Source: Lama glama (taxonomy: Eukaryota). Taken from it: a stretch of DNA of 64,000 nucleotides. The position numbers and the translations under genes were made by a program. How positions within the stretch are numbered: the first letter of the stretch is position 1; each line of letters starts with the position of its first letter. A model generated the notes under the pieces. The model saw only the letters and a list, made by a program, of their open reading frames with translations, ran no database searches and was not told the origin of the DNA. The stretch is from assembly GCA_028534125.1 (NCBI GenBank), contig CM052816.1, positions 88,166,001 through 88,230,000 on the forward strand, written 5' to 3'. Below, in pieces: positions 25,199-37,400 of this stretch.

Positions 25199-26560
25199 TC
25201 TTTGTTCTTCTTCATTCTTCTTCATTCTTCTTCCACTCACTCTTTATTTCTGATGGCTTAGGTTCATCTTGTTGGTTTTCCTTCAGTATCCTCCTACAAA
25301 AGAGCAAAGGTAAAAACCAAGGTTCTGATAAGAGAGTGAGAACGCCCTCTCTTTCCCGAGAGCACTTCCCCTCCTCCACGTCCCCCACTGTCTCACTGCT
25401 GCAGTCCATGGTGGGGGCACGTGCTACTTTCCTCCCCCACCAAGTCCAACAGGAAAAACACTGACCGCCTGCTACCACCTGGGCTCCTCAGCCTTCCGCC
25501 CCACTCGTTGATCCTGGGTACTGGAGGCCATGGTAAGAGCTGTTGGGATCATAGGAATTCTGAACCCAAGGCCATGACCAGGGCACAGTCCCCGAAGAAC
25601 ACTTTGGTCCTCTGGCTTGGCATCGCCTAAGAACACTGCTGGGCTCAGCACCTCACTCCCAGAGGCCAGCTGCACACTCTTGGGTGAGGAAGGACCTTAG
25701 CTGGGAGCTGGTGCAGGTAAACACAGTCAGACTTGAAGGCACAGTGGCCATTCTCCCACATGAAGAACTGGCCTCCGATCTGGCTGATGCGAGCCTTGGA
25801 GCTCCTGCTAGGTTGCCCCTTGTCAGTCTCTGTGCTCACATAGAATACATGGGGTACGACGTGGCTGGAATGGATCTGGCAGTGATAACAGGCTTAAGGA
25901 AGTCCAGAGAGAAGTCCTGCCCTCTCTTCAGCTACAATCACTGGCAGCCCAGACAATGGGCGTGTCCAGCTGGACAGGATGTGGAAGATCCATTTGGCCT
26001 CTGGCTTGATCCACATCTCGTCTATGCAGATGCCACATATGATGCCCTCACTGTCCTTCTCCCTCTCAAGGTCCAAGCTCTGAAGTGGGCCAGGAGCTCC
26101 TAGGAAAGGGGCTGACTTGGGCTGAGACTCCTGGGGGTGGCTGTAATCTCCATCAGCAGATGACTGCCACCAACCTCCCTGGCCTTGCTGGCCAATCCCT
26201 CCAGGCCAGGCTCTGTGTCCCCAGCAAGCCCCTTCCCAGTTCCAATCCACAGCCCACAGACGGCAGGAACGTGGGCTCAGAGCCCCTGTGGGTCAGGGCA
26301 GGGCAACATTTGGCTCCAAATGGTGGTGGCCCCACTCCAGGTGGCTTGGGGACCACGGGAGCTGATAGCTGCATCAATCTCCATGGAAGCAGAAGACTTG
26401 CTGGAAGTGTCTGCAGACCTGGGACAAAATGAGAGCTCGAGCCCCAGCAACAGCCCCCTCTGGGCAAAGTCCCTACTCGGTGCCTGGAAATGAACGCTGC
26501 TTCCCCCACCGTGGCCAGTGGGCTCTGCAGGGAGCCCATCTCAGCTGCAGCCCCCAAGTC
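25199..26560 (-). pseudogene. Processed pseudogene of a makorin-family CCCH/RING E3 ligase (makorin-4-like lineage inferred)
   Basis: Minus-strand translation gives a CCCH finger VCRHFQQVFCFHGD*CSYQL (26418-26359), a RING CGIC (26037-26026)...HAHCLGC...CYHC (25890-25879) and a C-terminal finger GHCAFKSDCVYLHQ (about 25749-25708). It has in-frame stops and frameshifts, AATAAA at 25248-25243 followed by a decayed A-rich tail, and is GC-rich against an AT-rich intron. Confidence 0.88.
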
Positions 26561-26859
26561 AGACTCCTTCTTTCCTTGTAATATATATTTTAATATGTCT
26601 TATCACCAGGATTCATTTCCTATTGCTGCGTAACACATTATCATGGAGCTTCTTTGGGTCAGGAATTCTAAGAGAGTTCATCTTAATATCTGCTCCAGGA
26701 AGTCTGGAAGACTTGGCAGCTGGGCCTGGAATCTCCGCAAAGCTCTTGCACTTCAGAAACCGAAAGGCACTGAAACGTTTTGCTTTCTGCAGTTAATTAA
26801 GCTCCCAGTAAGGAGTGATGTCAGTCCTCTTTTCTTATCAATGAAGCACACTAGTTTTG

Positions 26860-28340
26860 AAGTTCATTCATGATGTAGCATGTATCACTATTTTCTTCCT
26901 TTTTATTGTTATAGAATTTTTAATTGTGTGGATATTCCATTGTTTATCTATTCACTGAAAGACAGACATTTGAATTGGTCCCAGTTTGGAACTACACACG
27001 TAACGCTTCCGTAATATGCATCCAGGCTTTTTGTGGACATTCACTTCATCCTCTTGGCTAGACACCTAGGAGTGGAATTATTAGGTTATAAGTTCCTGTT
27101 TAATGTTTAAAGAAAGTTCTGGCCTATTTTCTAAAGTGACTACACAGTTTTACATCTCCATCAGCAATCTATTTTATTTCTCTGAGCAATGATTTGTGAA
27201 TTTCAGTTTGTAAGTCCTGCATTTATTTTGCTAAATTAATTCCTAAAGATTTTATTATCTTTGATTCTATTGTGAATTGAACGGTTTTGCTAATTTTATT
27301 TTCAATTTATTATTTGATAGTATATTAGGTATGCAATAGCCACCTTTTATATTGTTCTCTTAGCCTGTGGCCTTGATACACTCTATTATATCCATTAGTT
27401 TCCTTGTGGATTCTTAGGATTTCCTACCTATAGGATCTTGTCATTTTTTAACAAAAACACTTTTCTGTTTCTTTCCAATCTGAATACTTTTTTTTTTTTA
27501 TATTTGATTGCAATGGGTAAACCCTCAAGTGTAATGGAGAATGTGTAGTCAGAGCAGACATTCCTGCCGTGTGCTCAGTGTTGGAGAGAAAATATTTAGT
27601 TTCTCACCATTGAGTGTGATGTTAGCTATGGCTTTCTTGTAGATTTACTATGTCAGGTTGAAGATGTTGCCTTCTGTTTATTATTTGTTGACAGGTTTTA
27701 ATCATATATGGATAAAATTTTGTCAAATACTAATTCTGACTGCTGAGATGGCTATGTGATTTTTTGTTCTTTCTTCTGTTAAGATGGTATATCACATTGG
27801 TTATTATTGGATTTTAAAGTAACTTTGCATCCCTAAGGTAAATGCTATTTAGTCATTACTCATTAGGTTTATAATATGCTTCTGGGATTGACTTGTTAAT
27901 CTTTTGTTAATGAATTTTTATACCTATGTTTGTGAGTGATACTAGTCCATGCTTTGATTTTTTCCTGATGTTTTTAGTTGGCTTTAGTAATAAGACGCAG
28001 AATGAACTGGTATTTTCTAAAAGAGTTCATAAAGAATTGATACTGTATGGTCTCTAAATAGTTGTTGGAATTTCCCAGTGAAGCCATGTGGGCATGAATT
28101 TTTCTTGGTAAATTTTTAATTACAGCATAATTTTCTCCACTGTTTTAGGTCTATTAAGATTTTTTTTTAATTTTGAGATCAGTTATGAATCATTTATGTC
28201 TTTCTAGGAATCCATCCAGTTTATCTATGTTGACTAAATTTTTGGCATAAGTTTACTAGATTATTTTATAGGATGTATCTCATTTATGATAAAGTGATAG
28301 CTCCTATTTTATTCCTGATTTTCATAATTTAGCCTTTTTT
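26860..28340 (-). mobile_element. Old L1M ORF2/3' fragments
   Basis: T-rich antisense L1 motifs: cctaggagtggaatta, ttttctaaagtgactacacagttttacatctccatcagcaat, tttctcaccattgagtgtgatgttagctatgg, ggaatttcccagtgaagccatgtgggc. Confidence 0.75.
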
Positions 28341-29629
28341 TTTCTGTAGCTTAAGCCATACTTTAAAATACTAACAATAAGATCATTCTAACTCAAATTG
28401 ACTCAAAAGCTCTGGGAGCTGACTGAGATATCACCAGACGTAGAGAAAGAAGATCTAACAAAACATTCTTGACAACATGAGGAACAAAGATAGAATTAGT
28501 TATTGTTTTATCTGAACCTAAAGCTATTAATAAGCTAGTTATTCAATATAAGCAACATGAATCAATGATAATTACAGTTTAAATGGTTTGACTACTAGGA
28601 ACACAGTAATTAATTGTGTAATATTTTGGTTATTTAATATTTATTAAGTTCATATTTGAATTTGTTATCTAATTATTCAATGATAACTAGTTTCTAACAT
28701 GGCAAAGACTTGGATAATAGTGCTCATGCTGAATCAAGTTTAAGCAAATTTCACCTTTGCCGTTTCAAAGATTAGATGAATCAGAAAGAACGTCATTACT
28801 TATTCACATCATTTGGTGAATTACATAGAATGACAAAATTCTATATTACTCTAAAAAGTATATTCTCTGTGAAAAGGTGAATTCTTAAGTATAGTGGCTC
28901 TTGAATAGAAATATTACCACTTACCCAGCCAGAGTTTAAAAAATAAGGTGACATTGTTAAACCTTTAACTATAAAAAGTTTTACAAATATACAATAGAAG
29001 AGAGAATAATATAGTGAAACCCATAAACTCATCACTCATTTTAGACAATATGAATATGTTGTCTCTGTTGTTATAATTTTTCCTTTGTCCTTGTTGAGGC
29101 ATTTATTTTGTAATTGCCACAGTGATGACTTAGTAACGTTTAATATTCAGTAATTCTACAGATTCTACAGTACACAGCAAAATCTCACACAACAAAATGT
29201 TTTTATATTAATACCTAAAATACCAAAAGCACACCTTTGAGAAACACTTTTAATAATAAGATGCTACAATACTGATTATATTTTTGTGACACATTACTTA
29301 TTGGGACAGAAGTTAAAATCTATATTGAGAGAGGATAAATATTAAAATTACCAAAAGGAAATTTCTCATGGGTAAAAAACAGCTTAAATTAGTAATATGT
29401 TTCCACATTATAAACATAAATTTGTACTATAAATATAATTATGAGGGAAGTCAGGACTTTAGAAGACACCTCACCCGTATACTAACTTCATAAAATAAAA
29501 CTGTATCCTGGTTGGGGGGGACACTCTTTTCTTTTTATGTCCTTGTGATTTGTAAATTATGTACCAAATAAAATAAGAGGTAGTGATTGATTTTTACATG
29601 GTACAAAAGTTGAATAGGTTAATGTTTAA

Positions 29630-29860
29630 TAGTGTTTAAGAGCATGGACTTGAAACTAGAACACTTGGATTCAAAACTCACCTTACCACTTTTGTCTTGC
29701 AGTTTTTGGAAGAGTTACAGTCTCCTTCTGTTTTTCAGAGTTCTGTATACAATTACGGGGATAACAGTTTGTATATTAAAGTTGCTGTAAAACCTAAATA
29801 AGTTCACCTAGGAAACGTGTTTTCGAACATGGGTACGTTATAAGCATTACAAAGTATTAG
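29630..29860 (+). mobile_element. MIR SINE
   Basis: agtgtttaagagcatggacttgaaactagaacacttggattcaaaactcaccttaccacttt. Confidence 0.6.
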
Positions 29861-31510
29861 GAGTTGATTTTGGTGTACTGATTGATAATTTTCAGTTTAT
29901 TTAGGAAAGTGAAAGTAACTTAGCCAAATTGTTGATTTTATCTGTATTTTATGATATATGAGTACTTAATACTAATAACAGAAGCCGAACTAGATAATCT
30001 CCACAAATTACAGTTGGTAATGAAAATAATGACAATTTACCAAGTGATCTAACATTCTGTAAATCACCATCTGATTTAATACAACAAATCAGAAAACTTA
30101 TGAATTAGCACTTATTAATACCACAAGTTGAAGAAAGATTAAATAACTTGTGAAAACAGAACAAAGCCTTTTCTGTCATAAAAGATAATGCCATGTGACC
30201 AATATTAATGTTTAAATAATAGACATTTTATGCATCCTCCTCCAAGATTACCAATACACTTTCTATAAACAAAACCTATTTTACAAAATATACCATTTAT
30301 CCTTACTTTATGTTATCTGTGCCTGTACTGGTACACGGTAATGAATTTCACTGTGTTGTATATGAATATGTGAACATTTCTTAAGCTACTGCTGACAATG
30401 CTTTTTATTTCTTAAAATAAATTTCAGCACAGAAGACTATTGTAGGCTTATCAGAATCAGTCATGTGGTGACATTTGTATGCATTCTTTAAAAGCATCCT
30501 CACAGAAGTAGAAAAGAATACTAACATTATGAATCTTCGGTGGCACTGCAGAGATGAATTTACCACAACACCAATCAATAGAAAAGGTCTGGTGGAATGA
30601 ACACAATATTTGGTTTTCCATAGTCTTCGGATTGAATATTAACTCCTCATTCATCTAGATATACAACTTTGGACAAGGTCTTTCAACAATTTGTGACACT
30701 TTAGCCAACCGAAAGCTTCATTAGATAAAATTTTTCAATAAATAAGTTAAAACACATGCATTATGCTATGCCTTATTAGTTTAACTATTTCTGGTCTTGT
30801 TCCAACAAATGACAGAGATGAAGACAATGTATCTGGGACTAAAACTTGTGATGGGATTTTGGCAGTGACTCTTTTTTCAAACTACTGTTTTTTGATACTG
30901 TAGGAAGGAAAGGTTGTTTATTCTTTCCTTTCTCAGCACCAGCGAGCGATTTCAGGGTGCCTCCTAGTTTTACGTGATCTATCTCTTACTGCTACTTTCT
31001 TAAATTTACCTTAATTTTCATTTAGGAAAAGCCGTCTCTCATTCATTCTCCTTGTTATTTATCATTCTTTTTCAGGAGGAATCATTTTGAGAGTTTTATT
31101 TCAATATGCAGATGATGCTACTCAACATAGACACAACATAGAAATAAAATGTTTTATCTGGTGAAAAATACCACGATGGGTGAAGATTGGGTCTATGAAT
31201 TAGCCCTAGTATGATGGCTAGACTGGTGATGAAATTCCAGCTAAATGGTTGAACTTAACTTTAGTGGTGATTTTCAGGGACAAACGCTGGAGCAGTGCAC
31301 TGTGATGCTTTGACAGAGAAACATTGATACCACCTGTATTCATTGTTTTTTCATTTATTTTTGGCTCAAGTCCTCAGAGTTTGCCATTCAGGAAAGGTCA
31401 TTTGGATTCCATATGAATGCTGATTTTTTTAAATGTTAATGCTATTTACTATAAAAGCAATTATTGATCGGATTTTTAAATCAGCTGCTCTCTTTTTATG
31501 TTTTTATCAG

Positions 31511-31632
31511 GTAATCCATTATTAACCAGCAGAGTCAACATATTGATTAATGTCCTAGATGTCAATGAATTTCCTCCAGAAATCTCTGTGCCATATGAGA
31601 CAGCAGTGTGTGAAAATGCCAAACCAGGACAG
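31511..31632 (+). CDS. CDH12: Cadherin-12 coding exon (EC4/EC5 linker), 122 nt; absent from the supplied ORF track
   Basis: tttttatcAG acceptor and CAG|GTATCT donor. Manual translation (S)[40 protein letters not shown]; phases match both neighbouring exons. Confidence 0.95.
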
Positions 31633-32250
31633 GTATCTTATCAACACTCTTGATTCAGGTTGTATGAAGACCTGCTCTATGCGTGTGTTTTAGGTTACAA
31701 GACCATGCCTTAATACACACACATGGATCCTATGTCTTCATAAAAGAAGCTATAAAATATAGTCAATTTTTTTGAATTAATGGTCTATGTATGGGTGTGG
31801 AGGTAATACCGCTGGGGATAAAATTATGATGACCTGGTGAATAGTCTTTGTACAACTAAAAATTCTAGGATTGAAGATTCTGCTGTTTTCCATTCCTTTA
31901 TTATGAAATTTGAGAAGAACTTGTACCTATAAACGCAGTAAGTAAGCAACTTTACAGTACGTTCTTCTATAGTATTTCTTGCTTTGCTCACATGCCTTCA
32001 TGGAAGGTTACATAAAAGCTGTTAAACCCATGAAAAATGTAAAGTTTTCTCTGGTGGCCTTAAGTAGGGTTATTCAAAATATCTGAGTTACATTTTCTTA
32101 CTAAGTATTGCTCTGGAGGGAGGTTCTAGTGGAGAGAGAGTATGATGGAGGACCACATAGTTAATGAAAGTTACTGTAAAAATCCTAGAGTTTATGTGAG
32201 TATGGTAGGTAGGCAGCTTTTCCCTATACTATGAATGAGTGTTGAATATA

Positions 32251-32285
32251 TGATATGATATGATATGATATGACATGATATGGTA
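32251..32285. repeat. (TGATA)n pentanucleotide microsatellite, about 7 units
   Basis: tgatatgatatgatatgatatgacatgatatggta. Confidence 0.9.
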
Positions 32286-35042
32286 TAATCTAATAGGAAC
32301 TGGTCTTGAGCAAATGGTATGAATGTATTATGAAACAAGAATATGATTAATCCAATATTGTGTACCTAGTTTCCAAAGGAAAAATACATCAGAATGTTTT
32401 GGTTTGATGTATACTTTGATTACTTTTGAATAGCATAACTACTCATTTAGAAAATGTGAAGTTTTAATTCTTATTTGAAAAATATCTTAATATGTGAAAC
32501 AGTATCTTTATTGAAAAAGGTCAGTCTTTAAGATTTAGTATTTGCTTCAATTTGAATGTTTTCTGCTGCTTTGTAGAATATTTGTCCCATTATTTGAATC
32601 CTGTGAGGTTCACGAGCCTTATGACTATTAAATCAAAATTAGATAAAGCTTAAAAATAAATGTTCTCATTCACATACACCCCATTTCAAGTGCTCAGTAG
32701 TTATAAGATTTGCCTCTTTAATTTTGAATAGACACTGAAATGCATTTTTTTAAAGTTTTAATGCTTTATCACTCTAAATGCACCCCAAATTTACATTGGA
32801 TGAACCCAGTGCCTGCTTTAACATCTGAAATAGTAAATACTTCCTAAATATTTACACAAATAAATAACTTGATTTGATTATTATGAAGTTGTAAGAAGCT
32901 TTCCAAAATTCCACAACTTAGCTATTTTCAACTTTCGAGAGCCCTCCACTACTACCCCAAAAAGCCAATCATTTATTTTTAAGTAATTAGAGATATTAAT
33001 TATTTCATAGCAATTGGAATCTTGTAATGCATTAACTGAAAGCCTTTTGGAAATAGAAATATGTTTGTCTAGTAAATTAAAGAGTTTAAAAAGTTGGGAA
33101 CAGTAGGCAGAATTAGAGATAACTTGATTTTCTTATATCTAGACAAAGGGATAAGGAATCTTTGGGGTCATTGGAAGCTCTTGTTTCTAATAATTCTCTC
33201 TTGGACGTTCTTTTTTCTGTTGGGCCACATTTACATAGAAAACATAATCCTGAAATGTCTGAAAGGTAGTGTATAAGAATTTTCTGCTTTTGACCTCAGC
33301 CATCCTCCCTTAAGTCTTGGAACTCTACATAGAAACTATCTATCTGTCCTTCACTGTAATTGAATATGCATTCATGGATGGACGGACGTATGCCTTATCT
33401 ATCTATCTATTAATCAAAAGAAGTAAAAGAAAGACGATGCTGTACAAACCAATGGTGATATTTGTAGTGAATCAATAACGTATGGGCGTTGTTTTCCTTA
33501 AGGCAATAACTCCCAAGGGCCAGTTCCAGATAGGTGCCAGTTTATACTTTTCATATACTGTATGCTCTTTTGAAGGGTGTTTCTACATTCTAAAGTTATG
33601 TTCTTGATAAGTTTTGATGTTAAATATCTTTAATTTAGTAAATATTTGTGATAGTTGATAGCAAAGGCAAGACAAAACAAAATTGACAAATTAACTCCCA
33701 AGTAATTTAAAGAAATTTTATGAATGAGATATAGTGATCTGAGCACATGCTTTTATGTGAAGGAAAGTTGAAGTTTTACATGATCTGTATGGTAATTATT
33801 TGACTACATCGACACATTCCATGATTTGGCCTTCGGTGGTGAATTCATGACAATGCTAAAAGAGATCCTGTGTGACTGACTCATACTAAAATAGGGGACC
33901 ACAATTTTAATTTTATGATCAGTTGTCAAATTACAAATTACTAGTACTGTACGAAACACTTGAAGCCCCAGGATATACATCTTTGTGTTCGCGTGTGTTC
34001 GTGTGTGTTCCTGTGTGTGCCTAGGAGACCAAACAGCTACATGGGGAGGTAGATTATAGTCATTAGATTGAGTTTTGCTGTTGAATCAAAAGAAAAGTAG
34101 CAAATAACTCACATGTTTAATGACATCAGTCTCAGATCACATGGTGCAAGCTTTGCCCACAGGGACCAGGATATATCTAAGCTCTTCCTCTGGCAAATTC
34201 GAATTTAGTCTAAGACTGTGATCACCTGAACAGCACATTGCCCTCCTCCCCTTCTACTCACAAGTCCTGAAATTCTTCCTGATGCAAAGCCATTGAATAT
34301 GTTAATAAATAAACACCTCAAAGCCATTTTGCTTTGCTTATCTATACAGTGAATAATCACTTTTATGGTTTGGCTTTCAGAAGTTAATCTCTAGATTCTC
34401 AAGGACATCTCATTGAAGTATCAGAATTTTAACTACTTAGATACACAACTTATGGGAGCAATTTAGGAAAAATTTGAAGCGAGCTTGGTCTTGCTTACTT
34501 CTTAAAAAAAAACACCTCTATAAAAACACAATTTGTATTCTTACCCATTGGGGAAAAGAGACATAACTACAGAAACAGATTTACATCCTCTGTATCTCTC
34601 TTTCTCATCATTTTACTTATTTATGAAAATAAACTCAATCTCACAAACAAAACTATACTAAAATTTTGCTTTGCAAGGACTTTTAAATAATCAGAGATTT
34701 TGTTTCTGGTAAGCACTTTCTTATTTATGTTAGGAAGCATTTATTTCACCTAATTTAAAATGCAAGCAAGTACATTTTAATTTTATTTTGCTTATTAGTA
34801 AAAAATTTCAGTGTTGTTAAGCTTTTTAGCTATGTAGATATCGACTTGGAATTAGCCCATACCCTGTAACTGTACCTGCCATTATTAACTGTAAATTTTT
34901 AGCTATTTGTTTATAAAATGTATTTGTAAATAATTGGCCTACTGATATGAATTCTAAAAATGTTTCATTAAACAAACTTACTACGTAGAGTTCCCTTTGA
35001 AGTTGATGACTGATTGCAAGTTGCATCTCAACTTTGTTTCAG

Positions 35043-35160
35043 ATAATTCAGACAGTCAGCGCTGCAGACCGCGACCTTTCACCCGCCGGGCAGCAGTTCT
35101 CCTTTAAATTATCACCTGAAGCTGCCATCAAACCAAATTTTACAGTTCGTGACTTCAGAA
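35043..35160 (+). CDS. CDH12: Cadherin-12 coding exon (EC5), 118 nt
   Basis: tttgtttcAG acceptor and A|GTAAGT donor. [39 protein letters not shown] contains the AxDxD motif. Confidence 0.96.
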
Positions 35161-35524
35161 GTAAGTTTAACCACATACAAATTTACCGCTTATCATGCAG
35201 CTTTGTAAAAGGACACAAAGGTAGGAAACCAATGCCCTTCCTAACAGCCTCAAGTTCATCAAATATACAAATCCATACATGAGAAATGCAAAATTTCATG
35301 GCTAGCTGTAAACTAAATATTTAACCTATATAGACTGTATCTAATGAGGCAAATTACTTCCGTTTATAATGTGGACATCCCCTTAATGAGTCAAGCAAAC
35401 AAGAGGCTGTTTGAGAAACTGAATACTTTCCGTGTTTTAAATACACCATTTGTTCCACACGCACTACTTGTACACACAAATTGGTACCTTCCTAGTAACC
35501 ATTTCGTTTGAATAACAACACGTG

Positions 35525-35980
35525 GTACGGCACAGGCACTGTAGTGAGATTGGCATAGGTTTTCATTCCCACTGCATTACTACCTAGGTGGCAGATTCTC
35601 AATATGTTAAATTATACTAAATAATTTTAACCTTATGGTTAAAATAAATTAACCTCATAGTACTTATGTTAAATAAAATAATGTATAAGAATTCTCTAAC
35701 ATAATGCCTAAAACTCATTACCTTCAAGAAAATTTTATCCACCCCCTCTGCCATTATATCTACACTTAGATTCTACCACACTGCTTCTTCTATCACATTA
35801 GCACTACCACTGATACTAATAGTACCACAATATAAAGGACACTGGATTCGAAATATTAAGGTTAAGTACTGGTCGGTTCTGACTTTAATTGTCCTGTGAC
35901 TTGGGATATTTTATCTCTTCTAAGTCATACATAAAGTAGGGAATCAAAACACCTGAGTTCATAACATTGGGTAGTAAAAA
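35525..35980 (+). mobile_element. Two degraded MIR fragments
   Basis: ggttttcattcccactgcattactacctaggtg...gttaaataaaataatgtataa and ggacactggattcgaaat...tgtgacttgggat. Confidence 0.45.
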
Positions 35981-36983
35981 GCTAATTTTTTTTTTTACTA
36001 AATTTTATACTTACAGAACAAATGAACCAACTGTGAATGGACAGATAATGCAATGATGATGATGACTGTAGAAATCAAAGAGTGTTTTGAGAAAACTTAG
36101 TTTTCTTCAAATACTTGGGGGAAGAAAGTCAGAGTCACAGAAGGAAATTCAATAAGATTTGCAGCATCTGATAATGTAGTATGAGCACGGCTGGGAACGA
36201 ACAGGGTCCCAATTGTGAAGGGGCGAATAAGTAGGGATACCACATATGCTATCATGAAAACTGCAGCACTTTTGAGAATAGTAGTGGATGATATAAGTCA
36301 CTTTAATTAGAGAAGTGCAACTAAAATAGGGCCGTTATAAGAGAAACTAGACTGTATGATCACCCTGTCTATAAGCCATTTACAGACCTTGTAACTTAAA
36401 TCTAATGACTTGAGAATTCTTTGAAAGATTTACAGGAGAGTGTAACACTTTCAGATTTGCATTTTAGCAGATCAGTTCAGATGCAGTGTGGAAAATACAA
36501 CAGAGGAATGTAAGACGACTTCTGATGCCACTCCAGAAACTGGCTGAGTCTTGGATTAGGGTAATGGCCATGAGGATGGAAGTTAGTGGTTAGAGATAGA
36601 ATCCATAGAGCTGGATGCTAGATCTCCTGAATACTATATGTAAAGGTGATAAAAAAGAAGACTAATCCAGTTTCCAGACCATTGGCTTGGGCAACTCAAC
36701 AGATGGTCACATCACTGAGGAACAAAAGTAATGACTATTTTCCGTCATTGTATTTTTTTTTTTTTTTGCTGGAGAATCTATATCTGACTAATTGTGATAA
36801 TATGAATCAGATCATCTTGCCTCATAGCGTAATGTTTTCTCATGTATTTGCCACTTAAAAGTCTCAACATGTCTCAACATGTATTCGCCACTTACCATAG
36901 TGCCAATTTTATCTTGTTATATTTTAAGTGTAATTGTAAGGTTTTTTTTTTTAAGCAGATAGAAAATTTTTTTCATCTTTTTT

Positions 36984-37400
36984 TGTGAGAACATTTAATT
37001 TCTACTCTCTTAGCAAATTTCAGTTATACAATACAGTGTTATCAACCACAGTCACCATGCTATATGTTAGGTCCTCAGACCTTCTCCATATTATGACTGA
37101 GTGTTGGTATCCTTTCACCAACCTCTTCCTATTTCTCTCACCTCCAGCCCCTGGCAACCATTTTTATACTTTCTGTTTCTATGAGTTGCACTTTTTTTTT
37201 AAGATTCCTCATATAAGTGATACCACTGCAGTATTTGTCTTTTTTTCTGTCTGGCCTATTTCACCAGCAGAATGCCCTCCAGGTTCATCCATGTTGTCAC
37301 AAATGGCAAAATTTCCTTCTTTCTTATGGCTGAATAATATTCAATTGTGTGTGTGTATACACAGTATACATGTATTGCATTTTTTAATCTGTTTATCATT
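36984..37400 (-). mobile_element. L1MA9-like 3' end
   Basis: gtgagaacatttaatttctactctcttagcaaatttcagttatacaatacagtgttatcaaccacagtcaccatgc...ggttcatccatgttgtcacaaatggcaaaatttccttc. Confidence 0.85.

Noticed and set aside
25645..26557. Functional makorin retrogene
   Set aside because: At least three in-frame stops, several frameshifts and lost zinc ligands (RING Cys to Trp, finger His to Leu).
25684..26796. Cluster of plus-strand ORFs of 76-139 aa suggesting a nested gene
   Set aside because: Mostly antisense shadows of the GC-rich makorin retrocopy, with no recognisable domain.
31558..31578. Atypical calcium-binding linker DVNEFPP instead of DxNDNxP
   Set aside because: As I recall this is the normal CDH12 sequence, not a lesion.
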